DNA of 64,000 nt from an uncultured Desulfospira sp. (GCA_963663165.1 OY760175.1:6272001-6336000), one strand, 5' to 3'; positions 29,909-40,780 are shown, counted from the stretch's first letter. A program made the numbers and translations. The notes: generated by a model not told the origin, from the sequence alone.

Positions 29909-31318
29909 ATGGAAAACCAGAACAAAAAACGAGACCCTTATCTATGGGAAGCGCTGATATCCATCCTTGGTCTGATTGTCTTTATCAGCCTTGCGGTGCT
30001 GCGCTATGAAACCGACCCCCAGGTGCCCATTCTGCTTGGGGTCTTTGTGGCTGCCATGGTGGGGCTGCGGGCCGGGTATACCTGGAAGGATATTGAAACC
30101 GGGATGCTCAACGGCATCACCAATTCGCTGCAGGCCATTGTGATCCTGGCCGTCATCGGTATTCTCATCGGTGTCTGGATCACCGCCGGCGTGGTGCCTA
30201 CATTGCTGACTTACGGCCTTAAAATCCTGCACCCCATGATCTTTTTGCCGGCCACCTTGATTATCTGTTCCATCGCCTCCCTTGCCACCGGGTCTTCCTG
30301 GGGCACCTCGGGCACCATTGGTATCGCCCTGATCGGTATCGGCAACGGGCTGGGGTTCCCTTTGCCAGTGGTGGCCGGGGCCGTGCTTTCCGGGGCCTAT
30401 TTCGGCGATAAAATGTCGCCGCTGTCCGACACCACCAACCTGGCGCCGGCCATGGTGGGCACCGATCTTTACACCCATATCAAACACATGATGTATACCA
30501 CCGGTGTCAGTTACCTGCTCACCCTTGTGATTGAAATTGTGCTGGGCTTTTGTTACGGGGGCGGACAGGCCGACATGGAGAGCGTGACTCAGATCCTGTC
30601 CGGTATTGAGTCCCAGTTCAGCATCAACCCGCTGCTGCTGCTGCCCCCGGCCATTGTCATGGCCCTGGCCTTTAAGAAGGTGGCGGCCATTCCGGGGATC
30701 ACCTTCGGCATTTTGTCCGCCGGTCTTTTAGGGTGGATTTTCCAGGGCAGCTCCTTCGGGGATCTGCTGTCCGCTGCCTATGGCGGGTATACCAGCAATA
30801 CCGGTGTGGAAGCCGTGGACAACCTTCTGACCAAAGGCGGGTTTGAATCCATGATGTACACCGTGTCCCTGGTCATCTGCGCCATGATGTACGGCGGCAT
30901 CATGGAAAAAACCAACCAGCTGCGGGTGGTGGTGGGGGTTATTCTCAAAAAAGCCCGGTCCACCGGGTCTCTGGTTACGGCCACCATCCTCACCGCCATT
31001 GGGTCCAACCTGATCCTGTGCGACCAGTACATGTCCATTGTGATGACGGGAAAAATGTATGCCCAGTCCTACCGGGACATGGGGCTTGCCCCGAAAAATC
31101 TGTCCCGGGCCATTGAGGACAGCGCCACGGTAACGGCCAACCTGGTGCCCTGGAACTCCGGCGGAGCCTATCAGGCAGCTACTCTGGGGGTGCCCACCCT
31201 GGCCTATCTGCCCTTTAATTTTTTTTGCTGGATTTCACCCCTGGTCTCCATGGCTTACGGCTGGTTCAACATCACCATTCATCCTCTGGACGATGACCTG
31301 GAAACGCCGGAGGACTGA
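29909..31318 (+). CDS. nhaC: NhaC-family antiporter
   Basis: ATGSSWGTSGTIG, SGAYFGDKMSPLSDTTNLA, NLSRAIED, LVPWN. Confidence 0.88.
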   Translation: MENQNKKRDPYLWEALISILGLIVFISLAVLRYETDPQVPILLGVFVAAMVGLRAGYTWKDIETGMLNGITNSLQAIVILAVIGILIGVWITAGVVPTLLTYGLKILHPMIFLPATLIICSIASLATGSSWGTSGTIGIALIGIGNGLGFPLPVVAGAVLSGAYFGDKMSPLSDTTNLAPAMVGTDLYTHIKHMMYTTGVSYLLTLVIEIVLGFCYGGGQADMESVTQILSGIESQFSINPLLLLPPAIVMALAFKKVAAIPGITFGILSAGLLGWIFQGSSFGDLLSAAYGGYTSNTGVEAVDNLLTKGGFESMMYTVSLVICAMMYGGIMEKTNQLRVVVGVILKKARSTGSLVTATILTAIGSNLILCDQYMSIVMTGKMYAQSYRDMGLAPKNLSRAIEDSATVTANLVPWNSGGAYQAATLGVPTLAYLPFNFFCWISPLVSMAYGWFNITIHPLDDDLETPED

Positions 31319-31380
31319 TCCGGACGAATTGTCCTGTTTTGGCCCTGGATGAACGGCGTTAACGCTAAGGAGAAAACAAC

Positions 31381-32271
31381 ATGGGTTACCATAATTTTAT
31401 AACCACACTGGCAAGATGCCTGTTGATCGGGGTTCTTTCGGGCCTGAGCCTTGCCCCGGTATGGGCGGCGGGCAGCAACACCCCGTCTGTTCTCGATGAG
31501 ATTAAAGCGCGCAAAGAGCTTCGGATCGGCGTGGAAGCCGGTTACATGCCCTTTGAGATGATCGACAAACGAAGCGGTGTCCGCCAGATGGACATCCGCC
31601 ACGGGGGAACCCGGCGCAAGGGCCGCCAGCTCAGCCTCATGGGCTTTGACATTGATATGGGCATTGAAATGGCAAAGGCCTTAGGGGTCAAGGCGGTTTT
31701 TTTTGACACCCTCTGGCCCAGTATTATCCCGGCCCTTAACCTGGAACAGTTTGATGTGATTTTCGGCGGCATGTCGGTGACTGAAGAGCGCAAGGCCAAG
31801 GTCGATTTTGCCGACCCCTTCATGGTGATCGGCCAGACCGTGCTGGTCAATGGGAAACACAAGGATAATGTAAAATCTTACCTGGATTTAAATGATCTGT
31901 CCTTTACAGTGGTGTCCAAGCCCGGAACAACCGGCGAAGCCGCTGTCAAGGCCTATCTGCCCAAAGCCGTCTATGTGACGGCCGGAACCGAGATGGACGG
32001 TGCCTCCCGCGTGGCCGAAGGCCTGGCCGATGCCTTTGTCTATGACTTTCCCTTTAATGCGGTCTTCAAAGCCATGAACCCGTCAGCCAACCTGATCTTT
32101 CTGGACAAGCCCTTTACCACAGAGCCCCTGGCCTGGGCCATCCGGAAAAATGACCCTCAGTTTCTGGCCTGGTTGAATCATTTTCTCAAGGAGATCAAAC
32201 AGGACGGGCGGTTTGATCAACTGGTCCGGAAATGGTTTAACAATACAGACTGGTTTAACCACGCGCGATAA
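31381..32271 (+). CDS. Polar amino-acid ABC substrate-binding protein (family 3)
   Basis: Signal peptide; YMPFE, GFDIDM, GGMSVTEER; no adjacent permease. Confidence 0.87.
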   Translation: MGYHNFITTLARCLLIGVLSGLSLAPVWAAGSNTPSVLDEIKARKELRIGVEAGYMPFEMIDKRSGVRQMDIRHGGTRRKGRQLSLMGFDIDMGIEMAKALGVKAVFFDTLWPSIIPALNLEQFDVIFGGMSVTEERKAKVDFADPFMVIGQTVLVNGKHKDNVKSYLDLNDLSFTVVSKPGTTGEAAVKAYLPKAVYVTAGTEMDGASRVAEGLADAFVYDFPFNAVFKAMNPSANLIFLDKPFTTEPLAWAIRKNDPQFLAWLNHFLKEIKQDGRFDQLVRKWFNNTDWFNHAR

Positions 32272-32292
32272 TAAAGGCTTGGGCTTTGTTCT

Positions 32293-33903
32293 TCAGGCTT
32301 CATAAACGATTTTCCCGTTCACCAGGGTAAGGATCACCCTGGATTTTGGGATATCATCAGGGTCAACCGTGAAGATGTTCCGGTCCAACACGATCAAATC
32401 GGCTAATTTGCCGGGGCTGACAGACCCTAAATCGTGGGCCTGACCCGATACCTCAACCGGGGTCCGGGTATAGCCTCTGACCACCTCCGTCACCCCAAGG
32501 CCCTGGTCCGGGTACCACCCCTGTTCCGGAGTCTGGTCCATCCGTTTCCGGGTCACTGCCGTGTAGATGCCCACCAGGGGGTTGGGGTCGGTCACCGGTG
32601 CATCGGAACTGAACAGGACGGGCAGCCCCTGTTCGAGAATGCGTTTAAAGGTATAGGCATGTTTTGCTCTTTGTCCCACGCACTGGTCAATCATTTCAAT
32701 GTCCAGCCCTAAGTTGGCGGGCTGAAGGGATACCGCCAGGTTTTTCAGCCGGCCAAGCTGTTTTAAGTCTTCAGGCAGAATCATCTGGACATGCTCGATC
32801 CTGTGGGGAATCCGGCATTGGCTCTGACCTCTGTTTTCCACCCGGGCAAACATGGCAATCACCTCCCGGCAGGCCCGGTCGCCGATGGCATGGACCATAC
32901 AGGACAGCCCGGCCCGGTCGGCGTTGGTCACGGCCGCCTCTATGTCTGCCATGGGGGTTAAGGGCATGCCGCAGCCCCCGTCCAGATACGCCTGGGTCAT
33001 CCAGGCGGTCCTTGCCCCCATGCCGCCGTCGGCAAAAAATTTGAGATGGCCGATCCTGAGCATGTCATCCCCGAATCCGGTCTGCAATCCCAGGGCCACG
33101 GCCTGATCCGTGCGTTCCCCGGCCAGGGCCACATGGGTCCGCAGCTTCAACCGGCCTTTTTGGTGAAAAGCCTGAAAGGTTTTCAGGGCATGGGCGCCTT
33201 CTATGCCCCCCATGAGCCGGATATCATGAATTCCGGTCAGCCCCAGGCTGTGGGCCGCCGCCTGGGCCTTTTCCATCTGCGCCATGAGGCCGGATTCCGA
33301 CAAGGGGGGAATGACCTTTCGGACCAGGTTAAGGGCCAGCTCCTTGAGGATCCCGGTGGGGGTTCCGGCCCCGTCTTTTTCAATCACCCCCTCTTTGGGG
33401 TCAGGGGTGTGCTGATAAATTCCGGCCATCTCCAGGGCCCGGGAATTGGCAACGCCCAGGTGGCAGTCGGTCCTTATGATAAACACCGGGTTGTCCGGTG
33501 CCGCCCGGTCCAGGTCATGCCGGTCCGGGATGCGGTTCTCCGGCCATTGGGTCTCGTTAAAGCCCTGGCCCGTTACCCAGCACCCCGGCCCAAGGGCCAG
33601 GGCGTTCTTCCGGACAGCCCCTTCCATGGCCCCGAAATCGGTCAGGCCCGAAAGATCAATGCCCCCTAAGTTCAGGGCCCATTCGTAAAAATGAAAATGG
33701 GTATCCCAGAATCCCGGCAGCACCAGATGGTTTTCAAGGTCAATCTTCCGGGTGGCAACGCCCCCAAGGTTTAACACCTCTTTGTCACTGCCTACGGCCA
33801 GGATCCGGCTGCCTGCAACGGCTGCTGCCGTGGCCTGGGGAATCCGGTCGTCCAGGGTATAAAACCAACCGTTATAAAAAATTAGATCCGGTGCCTGGGG
33901 CAT
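32293..33903 (-). CDS. Metal-dependent amidohydrolase (YtcJ/Amidohydro_3 type)
   Basis: PGFWDTHFH, KFFADG, HAIGD, RIEHVQ, SSDAP, GKLADLIVLD; start ATG 33903 inferred. Confidence 0.9.
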   Translation of the reverse strand: MPQAPDLIFYNGWFYTLDDRIPQATAAAVAGSRILAVGSDKEVLNLGGVATRKIDLENHLVLPGFWDTHFHFYEWALNLGGIDLSGLTDFGAMEGAVRKNALALGPGCWVTGQGFNETQWPENRIPDRHDLDRAAPDNPVFIIRTDCHLGVANSRALEMAGIYQHTPDPKEGVIEKDGAGTPTGILKELALNLVRKVIPPLSESGLMAQMEKAQAAAHSLGLTGIHDIRLMGGIEGAHALKTFQAFHQKGRLKLRTHVALAGERTDQAVALGLQTGFGDDMLRIGHLKFFADGGMGARTAWMTQAYLDGGCGMPLTPMADIEAAVTNADRAGLSCMVHAIGDRACREVIAMFARVENRGQSQCRIPHRIEHVQMILPEDLKQLGRLKNLAVSLQPANLGLDIEMIDQCVGQRAKHAYTFKRILEQGLPVLFSSDAPVTDPNPLVGIYTAVTRKRMDQTPEQGWYPDQGLGVTEVVRGYTRTPVEVSGQAHDLGSVSPGKLADLIVLDRNIFTVDPDDIPKSRVILTLVNGKIVYEA

Positions 33904-34028
33904 GATGGCGTTCAATCCTTTTGCTTTGTATTCTGCTTTAACCAAATTGTTAGCACCGAAACGCCTCAGGGATCAATACCGAAGTTTGCGGATACCGGAA
34001 ACAGGAGACCGGGGCTTACGGTTGTCCG

Positions 34029-34057
34029 TTGACACGTATCGGCTTTGCCTTTACACT
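34029..34057 (+). promoter_or_regulatory. sigma70-type promoter upstream of hicB
   Basis: TTGACA-N17-TACACT. Confidence 0.6.
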
Positions 34058-34084
34058 GATAGAAAATTAATGGAGACAACAGAC

Positions 34085-34246
34085 ATGAAATTTACATTGG
34101 TGTACGGCAAAGATGACGGCTGGTTTGTCGGGCGGCTGTTGGAAGTCCCTGGTGTCATCAGCCAAGGGGAAACCCTCGAAGAACTCAAAGCTAATATTGC
34201 TGATGCATATAAACTTTTGATGGAAGATTCCCTGGACCTCCCGTAA
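34085..34246 (+). CDS. Short HicB-family antitoxin (orphan, possibly truncated)
   Basis: DDGWFVGRLLEVPGVISQGETLEELKANIADA; RBS GGAG; no hicA adjacent. Confidence 0.75.
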   Translation: MKFTLVYGKDDGWFVGRLLEVPGVISQGETLEELKANIADAYKLLMEDSLDLP

Positions 34247-34523
34247 TTAAAAAGGAAACGCCTTTATGTGCATTCCCATAGCCGTAGCAACCGGTGGCCT
34301 GGTATCGGGTTGCTTTATGGGCGATGAAATCTCAAGCCATGCCCGCTGGTCTCTGCTGGCATCCATGCTGCCCATGTACGCGCTGGTGATCTGGAACTTT
34401 AGGCGCAGTATCCCCCACCGGTTTCAGCAACTGCGAGGCTGGCTTGCCCGTAAACGGTCTGTTTCATCATAAATTTTACCGAATTATGGCTTTGATTACA
34501 TTTGCCTGGTTGAGGCGGGATAA

Positions 34524-35363
34524 ATGACCCGGATTTCTGGATTTACGGCCCTGCAGGTTGAAGTGGTCTGCGCCTGTAACCTTTCGTGCCCCATTTGCCT
34601 GAGGTCCCATGTCGGTTTTGAGGAAGGATTCATGTCTCTTGAGGATTTCAAACGGATTCTCGTCTCGGGCCGTTTTGATTTTGTAAGCCTTCACGGCTGG
34701 GGGGAACCCCTTTTGCACCCCCAAATCAAAGAGATGATCGGCCTGGCCCATGACCAAAAGTTGATCACCCAGCTGACCACCAATGCCACCTTGCTTAAGG
34801 CAAAACAAGAAGAACTTCTGGCAAGTCCCCTCAATGAAATTGCCTTTGGCGTATACGAGCTGGACCGGCTCAAAAGCCTGTCCTCTTCCATTAATGATTT
34901 CCTGTCGGCACGGGGCCGCGCTAAAAGACCCAAGGCGTATCTGGACGTAACCCTCACCAGCCAAAACCAGGACCAGATGGATGCCCTGCTGGACCTTGCC
35001 GCAAGCCTTGGGATAGAGGCGGTGATCCTGCACCGCCTTTTTGACCGGCATTTAACCCACAGCCCTTATAAACGGCTTCCGGATAAGGCAGAAGCGGCCG
35101 TTCTTTCCCGGGCCAAAGACCGGGCCGCCCGGCTGGGCCTGGCATTTTATCCGCCCTTAGCCCGGCAGCGGCCCTGCCTGGTCAGCCGGCACAGCCGGTT
35201 TGTCAACGTGAAAGGAGACGTCTGCCCCTGCTGTTTCCAGCCCCGGGTCCCCCTGGGCAGCGCTCTTTCATCCGGCGTTCCGGCGGCAATGAAATCCCCC
35301 ATGGCCAAACAGTTTATGACCGGCGTGGCGCAACATCCGGTCTGCAGGGCGTGTCCTTTTTAA
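34524..35363 (+). CDS. Radical SAM protein with SPASM/twitch domain
   Basis: CNLSCPIC, GWGEPLLHP, TTNATLL; C-terminal C...GDVCPCC...CRAC. Confidence 0.88.
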   Translation: MTRISGFTALQVEVVCACNLSCPICLRSHVGFEEGFMSLEDFKRILVSGRFDFVSLHGWGEPLLHPQIKEMIGLAHDQKLITQLTTNATLLKAKQEELLASPLNEIAFGVYELDRLKSLSSSINDFLSARGRAKRPKAYLDVTLTSQNQDQMDALLDLAASLGIEAVILHRLFDRHLTHSPYKRLPDKAEAAVLSRAKDRAARLGLAFYPPLARQRPCLVSRHSRFVNVKGDVCPCCFQPRVPLGSALSSGVPAAMKSPMAKQFMTGVAQHPVCRACPF

Positions 35364-35364
35364 C

Positions 35365-35970
35365 ATGGCACCCCCATCTTATTTTTCCTGGCAGCAGATG
35401 CTTTTAATGATGGCCATGGGTGTGGCCGGCGCTTGCCTCAGGGCTTATACGCCTTTTGAGGATATCCTGGTTAACCAGGCCCATCTGCCGGCCAGCGCCT
35501 TTGCTTTTAAGGGCTGGCTGGTGATTATTCTCTGGCTGCGGCTGGCCCGGGTTTTTGTAACGCTGCCTTACAGTGAACTGGCCCAGGGCATATTCCTGGC
35601 CTCTATGGGCTGGATTCTGGCCCCTGGCTACGGGGTGATGATCTACGGCATTGTTTCGCCCATCGGGTTCAACCTGTGGCTCTACCTTTCCATCATGACG
35701 GCGGCATTTTTAATGGGCCGGGGCGGCCAGGAAAGCGGGTGGCGGCCGGTTCTCTGGGGGGCTGGGGCCAACATGGCTTTGGTGGTCATGATCTGGGCTG
35801 CCCCGGGCTGTTATCTGTACCGGTGGGTGATGTATTTTCCGGCGGCGTCTTCGGGCTGCCTGGTGGCGGCCGGCGTGCTGGGCGGCTTTGGCGTCCTTCT
35901 GGCTGAGATGCTGGCCGCCTGGACAGGTACGGTACTGGCGTGGATTAAGCAGGGGTTAAAGTCCAGGTAG
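35365..35970 (+). CDS. Multi-pass membrane protein, unknown function
   Basis: Several hydrophobic segments; starts 1 bp after the radical SAM stop. Confidence 0.65.
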   Translation: MAPPSYFSWQQMLLMMAMGVAGACLRAYTPFEDILVNQAHLPASAFAFKGWLVIILWLRLARVFVTLPYSELAQGIFLASMGWILAPGYGVMIYGIVSPIGFNLWLYLSIMTAAFLMGRGGQESGWRPVLWGAGANMALVVMIWAAPGCYLYRWVMYFPAASSGCLVAAGVLGGFGVLLAEMLAAWTGTVLAWIKQGLKSR

Positions 35971-36033
35971 GCTGAAAAAACGTTTATAGCCCGGCATTGA
36001 AATGACACATAACCAATTAAATACGGCCAACCC

Positions 36034-36894
36034 ATGATGAACCGGCGCAGATTTTTAAAATACATCTTATTGGGGGGCAGCCTTGGGATGCTGCATTTGG
36101 GTGCTGCGGCGTCAGACCGGCCGCTTCTTCGCATCGCCTTGCTGCACATGGCCCCGGTTCCCGGGGACCTTGCCGGTAACCGGTTGATGATCGAAAATGC
36201 CATTGACGCCGCATGGGTTCATAAGGCCCGGTGGATCGTTACCCCGGAATTGTGTGTCAGCGGATATGATTTTACCGGCCGCATCGGGACAGACTGGATT
36301 GAACCCTTGCCGGACCAGTGGGTTCAACGGCTCTCAAAACAAATAGCAGATTTGGGGGTCACGCTGTTTTTAGGGACACCGGAAAAAGATCCCGTGACCG
36401 GCAGATTGCACAATACGGTTCTGGTCATCGGGCCCGATGGCCGTATACAGGGAAAACACCGTAAGATCAGGACCATTAAAAAAGGGGCAGAGTCCTGGTC
36501 CAGCCCAGGGGTAGTACCGGCTTCTTTCCCGGTTGCCCCGGTGGGCAATGTCGGGCTTTTGATCTGTGCTGATGCGTATCCGGCCTGGATTGCTCAACAG
36601 CTAAAAAAGGATGGGGCCGATATTCTGATTTCATCGGCTTCATGGTGCAAGGCCCCCTTTGGCCCTGCCGGCGAATGGGAGCGGTGCAGCAAAGATACGG
36701 GCTTGACAATGATTGTCTGCAATCGTACCGGCATGGATAAAACCCTTGATTTTAAAGACGCAGAAAGCGTTGTTATCTGCCATGGAAAAAGAATCCATAC
36801 CATGACATCCCATGCGCCGGCAATTTTTATGATTGAGGTGGATCCCGTTACCAAACGCCCGGTTTCCACCCCGCCGGTTAAAATAGGCTTGTGA
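36034..36894 (+). CDS. Carbon-nitrogen hydrolase (nitrilase family) with Tat signal
   Basis: NRRRFLK Tat motif; catalytic TPEL (Glu), HRKI (Lys), ICAD (Cys). Confidence 0.88.
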   Translation: MMNRRRFLKYILLGGSLGMLHLGAAASDRPLLRIALLHMAPVPGDLAGNRLMIENAIDAAWVHKARWIVTPELCVSGYDFTGRIGTDWIEPLPDQWVQRLSKQIADLGVTLFLGTPEKDPVTGRLHNTVLVIGPDGRIQGKHRKIRTIKKGAESWSSPGVVPASFPVAPVGNVGLLICADAYPAWIAQQLKKDGADILISSASWCKAPFGPAGEWERCSKDTGLTMIVCNRTGMDKTLDFKDAESVVICHGKRIHTMTSHAPAIFMIEVDPVTKRPVSTPPVKIGL

Positions 36895-36966
36895 CTTAAT
36901 TTTTTTACCCTGTAAAATAACCTGACACTTTTTTAAGACGGCCAGGGGCATTGACCTTATCCATCC

Positions 36967-37584
36967 TCAGGATAATTTTTTTAATGTGGCGGCCAGGGCC
37001 GCACCGGTCATGGCCAGGGATTCCGGGTCCAGGTAGAATTCCGAATGCCGGTGAAAAAGGACCTTGCACTGGGCATCAAACTCTTCATCCTTGTCATTGA
37101 ACAGCAGGCGCAGGCCGATCCGGGGCAGGGCTTGAAAAGAAACGGCCAGGTCATAGGAAACTTCAGTGGTATCCGGGTGGCCGTAGGCTTTTTCACAGGC
37201 CTGGGAAAGTAGCGGCAAATTTTCGGAAAAATGCTTTACAATGGCCTGTTCCGTGTCACTGGCAAAATAATTGACATTGGTAAAGTGGGAGGTCTGCTTG
37301 AAATCCCGGAATGCCGTCCACTGGGGATCGGTGTAAACCTTTGGGGGACAGTTCAGGACATACCGGGCCAGGATCACGCAAAGACCATAGCTTGGCCGTT
37401 GCCCTTCAGGGTCAGTGATTCCCTTTTGCGATACGCGGTAGACCGTGTCCAGGAACGGGACCAGATACCGGTCCTGTTCAACTTGTATCCCTAAAATATC
37501 CGTGACGGCAGCCGGGGTTACCCTGCCGATTTGATTCAGGTAATCCTGATAATGCTGTTTGAAAATTTCAGATGGTTGAGACAA
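36967..37584 (-). CDS. DUF3786-like conserved protein
   Basis: WTAFRDF and ALPRI...DEEFDAQCKVLF...YLDPESL pattern recalled for this family. Confidence 0.65.
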   Translation of the reverse strand: MSQPSEIFKQHYQDYLNQIGRVTPAAVTDILGIQVEQDRYLVPFLDTVYRVSQKGITDPEGQRPSYGLCVILARYVLNCPPKVYTDPQWTAFRDFKQTSHFTNVNYFASDTEQAIVKHFSENLPLLSQACEKAYGHPDTTEVSYDLAVSFQALPRIGLRLLFNDKDEEFDAQCKVLFHRHSEFYLDPESLAMTGAALAATLKKLS

Positions 37585-37844
37585 TTGTTAACTCCTTATT
37601 CAAAGCGGAAAAATACGATGTGCCACTGCACCATATGATGCCGATTAAACAAAAACATCCCCCAAACGGGGGAGGTTTTGAATTTTTTAGGACATTTTTT
37701 GTTACACCCTGCAAAATAACCGGACACTTTTTTGATAACTACCAGGGCTTCATTGCGGTTTCAATCCCGTTCAAATTAACGTCAGGCACCGCCAGATCAG
37801 GGCTGACGGGCCCTGACGGAATTTGTTTTGTCTTACAAGAACGG

Positions 37845-37861
37845 TTGGTATATTTCTTGCT
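37845..37861 (+). promoter_or_regulatory. sigma54 (-24/-12) promoter
   Basis: TTGGTATATTTCTTGCT, GG-N10-GC spacing, upstream of the glycogen-binding gene. Confidence 0.6.
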
Positions 37862-37983
37862 ATTTCATATGGTTAACTTAGGCCGGGTTGTCAACTGGCC
37901 GGTTTCCCATGAAGGGAACGGTTTTTTTCCAATGCACAAGGTCGTCTTTTTTAAAACTGTATTTTTGAAAGGAGGTCTGCGTC

Positions 37984-38274
37984 ATGAGCAAAAAAAATAC
38001 CACCGCCAAAGAAACCAAACAAAAAATTGAACTTTCCATTCTCGCCCCTGATGCTGAGAGTGTCCAGGTATCAGGCGATTTTAACAACTGGGATCCCCAT
38101 AAAGACAAAATGAAGAAAACCCAAATGGGGGTCTGGCAAAAGGATCTCATGCTGTCCCCCGGGACCTATGAGTATAAATTCATTGTTGACGGCCAATGGA
38201 TTGAACAACCCAAAGACAAGTCCTGCCTGAATGTATTTGGCACCTACAACAACCTGCTACAGGTGTCCGAGTAA
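37984..38274 (+). CDS. Stand-alone glycogen-binding (CBM48/AMPK-beta-like) protein
   Basis: VSGDFNNWD, GVW...LSPGTYEYKFIVDGQW. Confidence 0.88.
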   Translation: MSKKNTTAKETKQKIELSILAPDAESVQVSGDFNNWDPHKDKMKKTQMGVWQKDLMLSPGTYEYKFIVDGQWIEQPKDKSCLNVFGTYNNLLQVSE

Positions 38275-38313
38275 TCTTAAATCAAATATCCGGCCGGCCC
38301 TCAGGGCAGGTAA

Positions 38314-40755
38314 TCATCCGCCGGGGATTTCCCCGGCCGTCTGGGCCAGCCGGATCCGGTAGGCCGTATACCGGGCCACCAGGGCCATGGCCTGGTTGCA
38401 TGACCGGAATACCGGAATCCCCTGATCCCGGAGCCGGTTGTTGATGGCCTCGTGGGCCCGGCCCGCATCATTGAACACGATGACAGGCTTTGGGGCCGCC
38501 GATACAAGGTCCGGCAGCTGCGATACCAGACTCTCCTCATGGGTGGTATACCCGTTGGGATCATCAGGGCAGGGGCTGTCCAATCTGGCCGGGGCAAGGG
38601 TTCCCAAAGAAGTCACCACGGCATCAATATTTTCGTCGGCCAGCATGGCCCGGATGCTGCCAAGGTAGACCTGGTCCGGGGCCGCCGGGGTCAGGTCCAG
38701 GGGGTTTTTAACATCCATGATCTGGGACAACCCGGCCTGTTCAAACAACAGGGCAATGGCTTGCCGGGTTGGTTTAGAGAATCCGGGAAGGGTTAACAGA
38801 CTGTCCCTGGACTCCAGGGAGTCGGCAATGCCCACGGTTTCAAAACCGGCCGGACTTAAGGCACCGATCCGGTATCCGGAAACGGATTTGCCGTGAAGAT
38901 AAGCGGCCAGGGTCATCAGCCCTTCAAATTCATCCAGGGTATCGGCCACCAGTGCCCCGGCCTGATCCAGGCATGAGGTGCAGACCATATAGTCTCCGGC
39001 CACCGATGCCGTGTGCCCGGAGCTGGCCTTTTTGCCCTCCGGGGTGCGGCCGGCCTTGTAGACAATGACCTGTTTGCCGTTTTTCACGGCTTTTCTGATC
39101 CCGGCACAGGCGTTCAGCCCGTCCAGGTCCTTGAACCCTTCGGCATAAACACAGATAATCCCAATTTTGCCATCATCGGCCAGATAGGTGATAAAGTCCC
39201 CGATGGTCAGGTCCACCTGGTTGCCCACGGTGATGTTATAGGTGGGATCACCGGAAACGATCCCTTCCATGCGGACCAGGGCAAAGCCGCCGCTCTGGCT
39301 GACCAGGGCCAGGGGAGAGGGGGGAAGGTCCCGGCGTTTGGGAGAGGCGGTGCCGGAATCAAAAAAGGTGTCCAGGCGTCCGGGCCGGCTGATCATGCCC
39401 ATGCAGTTCCCGCCTAAAAATACCGGGCCGCCCTCAGGCCTTTCATGGGCGGCCTTGATTTTGTCCGTCACTTTTCGGGCCCGTTCCCGGGAGCTTTGGG
39501 TTTCTCCCATGGCCCCGGGGATGAGAATTACCGCTTTGGCAAGGCCGCGGTCAATGACCTGATCCACAATGGCCGGCACTGCGGCCGCCCCCACGGCCAC
39601 GATGAGCAGATCTACGCAGCCGATATCAAGGATGTCGGGCACACAGGCCACCCCGTCTATTTCCATGGCGCTGGGCGATACCAGGCAGATATCTGTTTTG
39701 GGAAAGCCCGCGGTGATGACGTTTTGCAGAATATTTCGGCCAAAATTGATCTTGGTGGCGCTGACCCCGAGAATGGCAATGCTTTGGGGGAGAAGCAGGC
39801 TGGTGATGGGGGCAATCTGCCGGGCAACCGGCGGACCAAAGGGTTTTGAAAAGCGGCAGAGCCCGTCTAAGGGGACCATTTCATAATCCACCAGGGCAAA
39901 GGGGTTGACCTCGAATTCCTCAATTACATAAGGGGCTTTGGGATTTAAAGGGGAGAAGTAGTTGCCCACGGCAATGAAAGAGCCAAAGCACTCCATGAGC
40001 TGCTCGTCAGAGACCAGCCGTTCCTGGCCCCGGGTCTGGCCGGAAAGTTTTTGATAGGCAATGGTCTGCCGGAACAGGTCAAAAAAGGCCTCTCCCGACA
40101 CATGGGCCGTGGAGGCTGACACTACGGCCTGGCCTAAGTGGAAGCGTTCGGCATACAGCTCGGTGTCAATGCCGCCAAGCCCTGCTGTAATCACCATGCC
40201 AAACTCCCTTGTCCACCGGAGGCTGACCAGAAGCTCGTTGCCCAAAGCGTCTGAATCCGGGGGCAGGTACTGGGTGACCAGCACCCCCTGGATGCGCCGG
40301 TTCACGGCCTCCTGAAGCGCCTGACCCGACAGGCCCTGGTAAGGGGGAAGGCAAAGGTCCGGGGTCTGTTCAACCATGAGGGCAAACCGTCTGGATACCG
40401 TGTCCACCATGCGGCGGCTTTCGCTTCTGACTTTGCCGGCCATTCTTGGCACCACTTTGACCCCGCCCACATCGGATTTATGGACCACATCCGGGCTGAC
40501 CACCTTGATGACCACCTTTTCCCCGAGAAAGTTGACCAGCATATCCGAGGTCAGGCGGGTCCCCCGTGAAAACAGCAGGTATTCAGGAACGGACTCGCTG
40601 CCGATGGCCGACAGCAGTTCATAGGTCTCATGTTCAAAAAGCTGGGTCCGGTTTTCTTCATTAGCCCGGGCAAATACCCGGGTCATCTTTTCAAAATCGG
40701 TAAATAGCTGCATTTTTTTGGTTCCCGGCAAAGGGTTATTAAGATGTGTTACCAT
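38314..40755 (-). CDS. ADP-forming acyl-CoA synthetase, ATP-grasp domain N-terminal to CoA-binding domain
   Basis: KVVSPDVVHKSDVGGV; GGNCMG; SQSGG; phospho-His motif SSGHTAS; NPLDLT. Confidence 0.88.
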   Translation of the reverse strand: MVTHLNNPLPGTKKMQLFTDFEKMTRVFARANEENRTQLFEHETYELLSAIGSESVPEYLLFSRGTRLTSDMLVNFLGEKVVIKVVSPDVVHKSDVGGVKVVPRMAGKVRSESRRMVDTVSRRFALMVEQTPDLCLPPYQGLSGQALQEAVNRRIQGVLVTQYLPPDSDALGNELLVSLRWTREFGMVITAGLGGIDTELYAERFHLGQAVVSASTAHVSGEAFFDLFRQTIAYQKLSGQTRGQERLVSDEQLMECFGSFIAVGNYFSPLNPKAPYVIEEFEVNPFALVDYEMVPLDGLCRFSKPFGPPVARQIAPITSLLLPQSIAILGVSATKINFGRNILQNVITAGFPKTDICLVSPSAMEIDGVACVPDILDIGCVDLLIVAVGAAAVPAIVDQVIDRGLAKAVILIPGAMGETQSSRERARKVTDKIKAAHERPEGGPVFLGGNCMGMISRPGRLDTFFDSGTASPKRRDLPPSPLALVSQSGGFALVRMEGIVSGDPTYNITVGNQVDLTIGDFITYLADDGKIGIICVYAEGFKDLDGLNACAGIRKAVKNGKQVIVYKAGRTPEGKKASSGHTASVAGDYMVCTSCLDQAGALVADTLDEFEGLMTLAAYLHGKSVSGYRIGALSPAGFETVGIADSLESRDSLLTLPGFSKPTRQAIALLFEQAGLSQIMDVKNPLDLTPAAPDQVYLGSIRAMLADENIDAVVTSLGTLAPARLDSPCPDDPNGYTTHEESLVSQLPDLVSAAPKPVIVFNDAGRAHEAINNRLRDQGIPVFRSCNQAMALVARYTAYRIRLAQTAGEIPGG

Positions 40756-40780
40756 ATCAATTTGGGGGAAAACTTACAAT

